Virus record (IMG/VR): IMGVR_UViG_3300044971_004534
Source of the DNA: a virus
Reading direction: 5' to 3' (one strand)
Length of the DNA stretch: 64,000 nucleotides
Below the pieces are notes generated by a model, which saw nothing but the letters and a program-made list of their open reading frames with translations, searched no databases and was not told where the DNA came from. Position numbers and translations under genes: made by a program. This document shows positions 28,901 to 37,400 of the stretch, in pieces. The number at the start of each line of letters is the position of its first letter. Position 1 is the stretch's first letter.

Positions 28901-31900
28901 TAAGATACTCGGAATCAGAAGATAATGGGAAATGGTCAACTCCGTACTCAGTACCGATATATAGATCTTCTATAAAATCATTTGATTTTGTAGTTGACAA
29001 TGCTGGCGTCATTTATGTGTCTTATGAAACATATGCCTATGATCACTCAGATATTATTGTTCTTGCAAAAAATCAAGTTGGCTGGAGTACCCAGTTTAAC
29101 ATAAGTAATGACAGAGGATCTTCTGTACAGCCAGTGATGGCTTTAGATGAAAATGGTGGGGTTCACATCATATGGTCTGACTCAAGGGCAGGTACTTATG
29201 AAATAATGCACGCTTATTTTGACGTGTTTACTAGAACCTGGATTGGCTCTGGGCAAGATGCTCGCATAATTAGCTCAAGCGGATATGCAGCATATAATCC
29301 TGCTGTGTCTAGTAGAATGAATAGTCTTTATGTGACATGGACAGAATTAAGTCCAAATGGAAATAGTCAAATTAAAATAGCTAAATATAACATAGCCTTA
29401 CAATCATGGATGAGTGAAAATAATTTAGAAATAGGAAAATTAGTAAGCGATCCAGGTATTTCAAAATCAGACTTTTCAGATATTGTGGCAGATAAAGATG
29501 GAAACATACATATTGTTTACCATGATATTGTAAATGATAAATATAAGATATTTTACAGACAGTGTTCTCAAGATTTAAATTTTTATAATCTTCCAACTCC
29601 CATTGTTGCTGTTGATGAAGAATCAGATTCTTTTGAGCCTAATTTGTCTATAGTCGATGCTTCTGGAGATTTAATAGTTAATTGGAAAAAGTCAAATGAA
29701 TATGCTCCCTCTAATGTTCGTTCTGGTACATTTGATTTTACAGACCCTTATGCTCCAGCATTGTTGCTACCTCCCAGATCTACAACATCGGCTACAAACG
29801 GTTATTACTTTGCAAGATGGAGTAGGGTATATAGGTCTTGGCTATCTTCTGGAAGCTCTATAGTTAATGATTCTGGAGCTGTAGAGGGTGGATATGATTC
29901 TAGGCTTGATATTGGAAAATTGGGAGGCGACAGTAGTGTTACTGCTCCAAAAAGAATAGTTTCCAATAATAACATAAGTGTTTTGTTATACGATGATTTT
30001 TCAGATGCAAATACAAGAGTTTATGTTTATGAGTTAGACAGTATGCTTTCTTCTTCTATATTAAGTTTTAATAATGAAGATCCTTACGATTACTCTCTGA
30101 TTGCCATCAGTGATGCTGGAAGTAAGAAAAGTTTACTTATAGGTGATGCTAGTAACTATGTTTCTGCTGGAATTTACATCAAGTCAATAAATTACTCAAT
30201 ATCTGGAGTAAGGCGACCTTTCTCTTATAGAAAGATTGGATATTTGACGCATGTCATGCCATATGACCCCATTATCAAGTCTTTTGTTTCTGATGACGGA
30301 GATACTTGGATGATAGGTCAAAATGGCTTATACTATTATGATTATTTAGGAGATCAAGTTTTAAATTCTTGGGATTCTACATTGTGGGATAATAACAATT
30401 TAAATTCTATTATTGGAAATAATTCTTATTCCATACACGATGCCTTTATTGACCCATTAGGTAATATGTTTGTATTTGTTTTGATTGGTTCTGACAAAAA
30501 GCTTTTAGTTTCAAATGATCACTTTAGATGGTTTGAGGTTTCCATCACCGACTTTACATTCGATGTAGATAAAAATATAAAAATTGCTTTTAATAATTTT
30601 GGAGGCATGGTAGTAAGTAAAATTGGTAAAACGTGTTTAGTAAAAAACTATATTTTAGAAATCAGAAATCAAATACCAAACAAGACTACTTCATCTGGTC
30701 AGGATGGAAACACTCAGCGTCCAAAATTGCAGCTTGTATGCGGTGCTTCCTCCAGTAGTCCATCTCTTTCTAATATTTCAAATATTAATGATATTGCTTT
30801 AGATGATAGTGAAAATATACTAATATCAACTAACTTAGGATTGTTCTTTGGTAAAATTAGTAATATCACTTATTACGGTATTGAAGATGGCTTGCCAGGC
30901 AGTGTAATTAAGTCTGTTCATGTAAAAGACGCATATACTAGAATATGTACTTTTGAAAATAAAATATCATATATGAATGGTTCTGTCTTTGAAGAAATAC
31001 CACTTATATCAAATTATCCTATTTCTACATATTTGGGAATAAGTTCATCTAATCAGACTAGTCAAAGATTTGATTCTGGTAAGTTAATTAATTCTAAAGA
31101 GTATGGTAATTATATACTAGTATCTGGTCAAAATGGTTTAGTTATTATTCTTAATAGTGATCCTGTGCTGATGAGAAAGCTACCTGTAAGTGTTTTCTTT
31201 GGATCTGAATTACTAGATGTGATATCTCCTGGAGATGCCAGATCGATAGTTAATAAAGAACTAAAGTTTAATTTACCAGAAAATATATTAAATGATGCAA
31301 ACGTAAATAAATTTGTTGTTGAAGTATTTATAAATGGCAATAAAGTCAATCGTGGTTATGAATTTAGTGCAAAAGAACAAGTTATAAACTTTTTAACTTC
31401 GTTGTTACCAAACGACAAGGTTACATTTAATTTAAGATCAGACATTATATTAGAAAATGACTTTTCTCAAAATGGAGCAGAAAAATCTGCATTTGGAATA
31501 GAAACTAGAAACGTTAAGAGTATACTTTTTAATAATAATCAATCATACGCAGTAGTTCAGGGAACTTCTGATTATATCGCAGTGAGTGACAGCTCAATAT
31601 CGCTCCCATATGATGAAGTCATCTTGGATAGGACGCCACCTAATGGACGTGTAAAGTTTATTGCTCAAACTGGTCCAGATTCTATATACGTAGGTATAGA
31701 TCCTCCGAACAGTGACACTCCTTACGATGCAGTAAGTGGTATAGCATCTATGGTAATTTCTAATTATGATAATTTTACTTCTGACGGCGTGACTCCAATA
31801 GATCCTATCCCTTTTAGGCCAACTATAGGTCATAACTTAATATCAGCATTAAGCAACAACGCTGAAATATTTGAAACAGATACAGACTATTTCAGTAAAC

Positions 31901-34410
31901 TTTTTACGTTTACTCGACCTAGCTCAGTCCAAAAACTGTATGTTGCTACTTCTTCTCCTATTAAAATATATGAACGCGCTACCTCTGGAGATTTTTTAGA
32001 TACACCTGTTGCTATTTTAGAAAATGGGAATGATGATTTCGCTGTTGGTTTTGTTCATAAATTTGGTTCATCTTTAATAATAGGAACAAGATCAATAAGT
32101 GGAATAAATTCAGGTAAAGTTTTTAAGACAACAGATATGCAAACTTTCACTGAGATTGCGGTGTTGCCTGGTTCTGGAGCTACCTGTGCGTTCTTGTCAG
32201 CATTCGATCAGAATCTGTATATTGGCACAGATGCATCTTTGTCTTCAGATCCTAATGGTTCTATAGTTGTGTACAACGGAGAATCTGTTTCTGCATTCAA
32301 GAACAGGCTAGATAAAGCAATAATTTCTTTGTCTGGGTTTGAGCGCTTCTTGTTTGCTGGCACTTATGACTCTGGCTATGTTTATAGAATAGATATAGCT
32401 TCTGGAGTCGTAGAAATAATTCATGCTGACGCATCAGACACGATACTATCCTTGACCTCATTAGGGACTGCTATATTTGGGGGAACTTCTGGTAGGGGCG
32501 TAATCATAAGAGCTAAAGATAATGATGCAGGTTTTATCGATTCGTTTAGAACCGTTCCATCTGATGTTAAAGTCATGAAAACATTACAACTTGCAGATGA
32601 TTCATTTAGAATATACGCAGGTGTTGGAAATAAGCTTTACAGTTTTAGGAATACGTGGACTTTAGAAGGTACTGCGGAATCTGACATAAATGATTTTATA
32701 GTTGACGAAAATGATAGACTTATTTTCTGTTCTAACAGGCAGGTCAAATCTGTGCAGCCAGAAGGCTCTCAAGAAAGAAAGGTATTTGTCAAGCTTATAG
32801 ATAATGCAGGCAATGAGACAGATATCAGATCCTCTCCTGACGCTATTAGTCCTCCTGACGGCTATAATGATAATTTAACCTTAACTTTGACTTCTGAAGA
32901 ATTATCTGCAACTTATTTGCAATCAAAGATGTTAGAGGTAAATGGTGATGGCAATATCACTTATTCTATAAATGGAGATGCTCCATTCTATTCTGCAGAA
33001 AGAATAATGAAAGAGACTGGTGTTTATACAAGTGAAATTTTCAATGGCACCACTGGACATGTTTCATGGGGCAGATTTTCATGGGATGGATTTGCTCCAA
33101 ATGGAACAGATATAAGATTCTATATTAGAGTTTCTAATTCTAGAAGTGAAATTGCAAATCAGCCATATACGCTTGAGATAAATCAAAATCAAAATAATAT
33201 AGATATATCTTTCTTGAATGGCCAGTATTTGCAGGTAAAAGTAGTAATGAGATCTTTGGTGGACATAAGCCCATACGTATCTAAAATTGTTATTACCAAT
33301 AACGCAGGCTCTGCAAGTCATTTCTTTACAAATACATTCCCACTACCTGCTAATGTTAAAAGAGGTATAATAACACTAGAAAAAGACTTACCCATCGGAT
33401 CAGATATTATTGTTGGAGTGTCTGGTAAAGATGCAACTGATTTTTCTCAGTATCAAATTATCCCTGAAAACAGAATATTTAGTTTTAATAATGATAATCA
33501 GGGTAAGTCTTTGAGGGTTGGATTTAGATTTGTATCTCCTCAAAACGTATCTGATGTACCTGCTGGAAGTGATTTGGGAAGTCTGCAAGGTTTGGGTAGC
33601 ATATTGTCCAATTCAGTATATTTTGATTTTGAAAACATAACAGGCAATACAAGACTTGTTGATTTTAAAGTTGATATTTTTGAAGATCAGAATATGGAGA
33701 TTTTAAATTCATCTTTTGACTCTTTGTCTTCTCCTCAGTTATTTCGAGTAAACGGCAATCCATTCCCTGGCGGTGGTGGAGTAAATGTTCCATCTGGATT
33801 TAAATACAGGTTCCATTTTATACCGTTTGGTGCAGAATTGTCTTGTGATACAAACTACTTTGTTAAAGTTTCTGTAATAGAAGGTACTGGTGTAAGTCAG
33901 TATGGTAGTTTAATACCATTTAGAAAAGTATGCGGAGTTAACTTTGTAAATGATATTACTTTTAATTATATTAATCAACAAAGTAATGTTCAAAATTTGC
34001 ATTTTGAAGTAGCTTTTTATGAGGATGAATTAAGACAAAGTTTGGTAAAATCTTATTCTACTCTTTATCCAGCAGCTAATTTTACTTATTTGGCAGACTT
34101 TTTTCAGTACCCACTTTCTGGACTTACACTAGAGCCGAATCAGTCTTCTGTAATTTCTTTGAGTTTTATTAATCAAGAAATATCAAAATTTGATCCAACA
34201 AAAACATATTATGTTACTGTTAGTTATTTTGATATAAATCAATCTGATACTGCAAGAAGTGTGGAATCTATGAACTACACTTTCCGTGTTGTTTATGTTG
34301 ATTCTAGTATAGCATGCGGATCTTCTTCTGGAGTGCCCATCTTAAGAGGATTTGCTTTTATGTTTGAATTAGAGGATGGGCGATTAATTAAATTTAACTA
34401 CTTATCATAA
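25987..34410 (+). CDS. Giant structural protein (2,807 aa) with Ig/FN3-like repeats, a LamG-like module, a BNR/sialidase-like propeller and further propeller-like repeats
   Basis: 8.4-kb uninterrupted ORF. A contiguous run of blades (VDNAGVIYVSYE, LDENGGVHIIWSDSRAG, NPAVSSRMNSLYVTWTE, ADKDGNIHIVYHD, DASGDLIVNWKK) lies at nt ~28830-29700. A LamG-like segment ...REYILSVKNNDINLFVDGNLIAKY lies at ~27200-27560. An Ig-like signature is seen as DRTPPNG...YDAVSGIASM (~31618-31800) and LIDNAGNETD (~32800). Confidence 0.9.
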   Translation: MIESINVKINGKEFLGNPLKVLPKGFIVSWQFGPSQVSQTNFEIRIGADAFGLGTDLFVGSIFEYSGINKTRQDYAFFPSAILSRSSELYGQLRIVDQFGNNSFWKTFSVYVNDVPHLIDSYFLPGYGIESGISLGVVKPSDDVLVKTRWFQNGKLQSYLDDSYSVPSRNIEYGDVWSAQVIPYNELESGLTFDVSPVSILPPIISVSNISIIPSNPNPDDIFEVSYSLYKNNLLENIGDESIVRWYVNDIEVSGNVNSKFARLNVKPKDHVYARIDSNWSGFAGTSLVSNPVIVGEYNLQLSNCVINGVSDKNFVSYDAVNILWNVADNIKEKISQYNIKLGHSEGGSNLLNTHVGPNVFSFFIPPSALKKGMDYYVSVGPVDVNGNAGKYETVYFKTFGNTWGDNVSADNGYTIFIKLKCEIASGESSPEDVLSLNVSDGLQSYVVDFHKSFVRINIDTNTKVKADVDNSIFREYILSVKNNDINLFVDGNLIAKYSQQTQRSGEKYLNLIPRGGKGDLKSTISSIRISVSNPYHLDSTGISELTSFSEVIDLPNIVINDVESTPGGVLLAAKNISDEYSRIYKYDSSKNNFKFDVESLSSSVFTVSHVDVSPGYEAFTVSSNKGVSLFKGDPVAGWDSSVEFRSLNDLYNNKWSVISSSGDSGISINSDGLLISNSFATVGRTSTIKRSNELQYPAVAVKSLFLSNFSFSVSNNIMSILNNGDTSLLQHSIDITQFTSIGNLFAYIKDLFATADNGSYIKDFFSFYILNGANDLSTSLLSDYNSASQQIEYIFYVDNVADSIDPYADASQTSFSGGRAFISHDSPGSPWFDSANSESGYSIELDCKVDSLEDSLRPVSFSDKNFLGMYINDGEYEQEISLSSSAIRIPKIGKNIPINLSEFTKLRFNSLDGKVNLWKKSSADRDYVLLDSFILNSVSNISRNVIQHKVFNSDSKTYIMWVEEDGDYSVIRYSESEDNGKWSTPYSVPIYRSSIKSFDFVVDNAGVIYVSYETYAYDHSDIIVLAKNQVGWSTQFNISNDRGSSVQPVMALDENGGVHIIWSDSRAGTYEIMHAYFDVFTRTWIGSGQDARIISSSGYAAYNPAVSSRMNSLYVTWTELSPNGNSQIKIAKYNIALQSWMSENNLEIGKLVSDPGISKSDFSDIVADKDGNIHIVYHDIVNDKYKIFYRQCSQDLNFYNLPTPIVAVDEESDSFEPNLSIVDASGDLIVNWKKSNEYAPSNVRSGTFDFTDPYAPALLLPPRSTTSATNGYYFARWSRVYRSWLSSGSSIVNDSGAVEGGYDSRLDIGKLGGDSSVTAPKRIVSNNNISVLLYDDFSDANTRVYVYELDSMLSSSILSFNNEDPYDYSLIAISDAGSKKSLLIGDASNYVSAGIYIKSINYSISGVRRPFSYRKIGYLTHVMPYDPIIKSFVSDDGDTWMIGQNGLYYYDYLGDQVLNSWDSTLWDNNNLNSIIGNNSYSIHDAFIDPLGNMFVFVLIGSDKKLLVSNDHFRWFEVSITDFTFDVDKNIKIAFNNFGGMVVSKIGKTCLVKNYILEIRNQIPNKTTSSGQDGNTQRPKLQLVCGASSSSPSLSNISNINDIALDDSENILISTNLGLFFGKISNITYYGIEDGLPGSVIKSVHVKDAYTRICTFENKISYMNGSVFEEIPLISNYPISTYLGISSSNQTSQRFDSGKLINSKEYGNYILVSGQNGLVIILNSDPVLMRKLPVSVFFGSELLDVISPGDARSIVNKELKFNLPENILNDANVNKFVVEVFINGNKVNRGYEFSAKEQVINFLTSLLPNDKVTFNLRSDIILENDFSQNGAEKSAFGIETRNVKSILFNNNQSYAVVQGTSDYIAVSDSSISLPYDEVILDRTPPNGRVKFIAQTGPDSIYVGIDPPNSDTPYDAVSGIASMVISNYDNFTSDGVTPIDPIPFRPTIGHNLISALSNNAEIFETDTDYFSKLFTFTRPSSVQKLYVATSSPIKIYERATSGDFLDTPVAILENGNDDFAVGFVHKFGSSLIIGTRSISGINSGKVFKTTDMQTFTEIAVLPGSGATCAFLSAFDQNLYIGTDASLSSDPNGSIVVYNGESVSAFKNRLDKAIISLSGFERFLFAGTYDSGYVYRIDIASGVVEIIHADASDTILSLTSLGTAIFGGTSGRGVIIRAKDNDAGFIDSFRTVPSDVKVMKTLQLADDSFRIYAGVGNKLYSFRNTWTLEGTAESDINDFIVDENDRLIFCSNRQVKSVQPEGSQERKVFVKLIDNAGNETDIRSSPDAISPPDGYNDNLTLTLTSEELSATYLQSKMLEVNGDGNITYSINGDAPFYSAERIMKETGVYTSEIFNGTTGHVSWGRFSWDGFAPNGTDIRFYIRVSNSRSEIANQPYTLEINQNQNNIDISFLNGQYLQVKVVMRSLVDISPYVSKIVITNNAGSASHFFTNTFPLPANVKRGIITLEKDLPIGSDIIVGVSGKDATDFSQYQIIPENRIFSFNNDNQGKSLRVGFRFVSPQNVSDVPAGSDLGSLQGLGSILSNSVYFDFENITGNTRLVDFKVDIFEDQNMEILNSSFDSLSSPQLFRVNGNPFPGGGGVNVPSGFKYRFHFIPFGAELSCDTNYFVKVSVIEGTGVSQYGSLIPFRKVCGVNFVNDITFNYINQQSNVQNLHFEVAFYEDELRQSLVKSYSTLYPAANFTYLADFFQYPLSGLTLEPNQSSVISLSFINQEISKFDPTKTYYVTVSYFDINQSDTARSVESMNYTFRVVYVDSSIACGSSSGVPILRGFAFMFELEDGRLIKFNYLS
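28830..29700 (+). repeat. Contiguous BNR/sialidase-like beta-propeller blades (5-6 units)
   Basis: Repeats of the form D-x-x-G-x-h-H/Y-h-h-W/Y-x-(D/E) recur every ~45-60 aa, with Asp-box-like SEDNGKWSTP and NQVGWSTQ elements. Confidence 0.6.
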
Positions 34411-37400
34411 TGCCATTTTATACTGAAAAATTTAATTTGCCATTTTTTTCTCGAGGAGAGATATACTCTGCATCTAAAGACAGAAAAAGATTTGAAATTA
34501 TTGATGAAGAGTTGTCATATTTATCTTCATTGATAGGTTCTGGAGTGGTAAATGGTTTAGAGGTTATAAAAATTTCGAATAGTCAAGTCCAGGTCAAATC
34601 AGGATTATTTTGCATAGACGGGAAAATGTATAGCAATTCAGTTGACCAAATACTTGAAGTTGGATCTGTGGGTTCTAATTATGTAAGAATAAATAATGGC
34701 TCTTCAAATGCCTTAATATTTGGAAGATCAAGTAATATCGCAGAAATTAGTTATACAGATACAGGAATAGATGCACTAATAGAAAATGTTGAATTTGAAT
34801 CAATCACTCCATACAGTGTAAAAATTAACATTATTTCTTTACTACCTGCTGATTCTAAAAAAATAAGAGCATACAGGTCTATTGATAATAGTTTTAACTC
34901 TGCTGTACCTATTGCCGCCATCGATTATCCATCTGTTGAATTTAATGATGAAGAAATTAATGCTGGTACAAATTATTACTATTGGTTTACAATAGAAGAT
35001 ATAAATGGTTTTGTATCAGAAGTTTCAAGTTCTTTTTTGTACACTAGTCCTTCTGATCTATCCATCCCAGACGTACCTTCTTCTTTAAAATGTTTTCCTG
35101 CTCATAGAAGTATTTGTGTAAATTGGAAGCATTCTTTTAGTAAAAATATTGATTATTACTATTTGACCCTAGTTCAGTCTGGTATTGTACAGGAAAGAGT
35201 AGTTCCAAAAAACATAAATCATGTTATATTTTCTAACTTAAAAAATGGTATTGCTTGCAATATTTCTATAAAAGCCATTAGTGCTTTTGGCATTGAGTCA
35301 TCTGAGGCTACTATTAGTGCTGTTCCAAGCTTTCATCCAGGAGCTAGGGATGCAGATTCTATTTACGGTGTGTTTTCTCCTGCGGTAGTAGAAAATACAG
35401 TGCGTTCTTTTATAGACATAACTTGGTCAGATCCGGTTATTGATCCTTCTTTGCAAGATCTTTCTGTTGGAGAGTTAAAAGAGCTTGAAGGCTTTGTTGT
35501 AAGTGTGCGTTATCAGGTCTGGGAATTAAGAGTTAATGGTACTTTTTCAATACAAGGAGAGCCTACGGAGGCTTTTATTCCTAATCAGATTAGATTTTCA
35601 AGTTATACAAGAAAGAACTCTCAAAATCAAATTGTTAACGAACCGCTTAAAGATAACACGAGTTATTTAATAAAGTTAACACGCGTTGTTAACGGCATGG
35701 AAAGTGTTGGAAGATATATAACTGTTGGAACTGGAGATGTTACGCCTCCATCAAAAGCTTTCAATATTTCTGGATCTTTACAAAACGATAGTACTATACT
35801 TTTTACGTGGTCTGTTGATAAAATATCTGAAATATTAAAACAAAAAGTTATAGTAAAAAGCGCACCTATAATTAGTACAACTTATAATTATGCTGGGTCT
35901 ACTTCAACTGGTATTAGATTTGAATCCATCACAAGCACTGGTGCTCAATCTGGAACTGCTATATCTGCTATATTTGAAGAAGATCCACCTTTTAAAATAG
36001 GATTTACTGGATCTTATATTACATGCAAAATAGATAAAGAAAGGATTCAGTCACTAAATAATAGTGCTTCTGTAGCTGGTTTTTCTAGTGTGTCTATTGA
36101 CATATTATCTGCATCAGAAGATATTTTAATATCTACAGAAAACAAAAATCTTGTTGACGTGATTGAGGAATTTAACTCAATACCTGCTGTGTTAAAGATA
36201 ACTTTTATTCCAGGATCTGGCTTTTCTAAATCTTTACTTGTTACGCCTGCACAATGTTTTGAGATACAAAATGCATCTTCATATTCTGATGAAGAAATAT
36301 TATTTGATAGACTACTGCCATCTGAACCCGCAAATTTCACGCCTGGAGTTGCTGAAGGGTATGGAGACGCTATTTCATATACAAGAGAATTGCTTTTGCT
36401 AAACAGTGGACTTTCTATATCTGATATACAGAAAAATGTCACCGTTGGCGAATATCAGCTCCAAATTTCTGAAGAAATAGGAAATAGTACTTCTTATGTT
36501 TTGCCTTATAGCTATGTTGTTCCAGATCGGCGCTATCATATAGCTGTTTCTTTGTATGATTTTTCTGGTAACGAAAGTGCAATTGCCGAGTATTATTTTG
36601 ATACTCCAAGTCCTTGGCAAATAGATCCAGAAACATCTCCTATGATGCAGGTAGTTTCAGCGCAGGACGGTTTCTTAAAAGTATCTTGGATTCCTTCGCC
36701 CTCTCAATATGTGTCTCAATATAAAGTATATAGAATTAATATTGGGCTAACGGACTCTTTAAGCTTCCAAAATGAAAGAAATGCTATCTGGGACTACGTT
36801 GGGCATGTTGATTCTTCAGATCATGAATTTATAGATTACTCTGTTATCCCTGGAAATTACTATATTTATAGGGTAGTTACGGTCGGTCTTTTAGGTCAGG
36901 TGTCTCCTATATTTTTTGGATTAATGGAAAACGATTCAACTACATCAGTCAAGAGGGCTAATAAATTAACTGGTGAAGAATTTACTCCTTCAATATCTAT
37001 AGCACAAAATAATAATGACATCCTCGTAAGCGTAAATACTCAAAGCGGAGATTTTGACGGATTTCAAATATATAGAAGTTTTAATATGGAAGAATTTAAG
37101 TTGATTGGATCTTTGTCAACTGGTGAATATCAATTTTTAGATCGCGGAGCTTTGCTGAAAAGTGGCTCTTATAGGTACCTCGCTATACCAGTTACCACTC
37201 AATCTTCTTTGATAATTACAAATGATGAAAATATATCAGACGGTATACTGTTGGCAGAAGTTGTTTTAGGCTTGAATTCATTAGATATTATTGACAGAAG
37301 ATCTTCTGTATTGCTTGGCTCTTCTGCCGTAACTCCTGAACTTAACAAGAAAATATCTGACCATAGGCATTTTGCATATTCTGAAGATGTTGATATGCGT

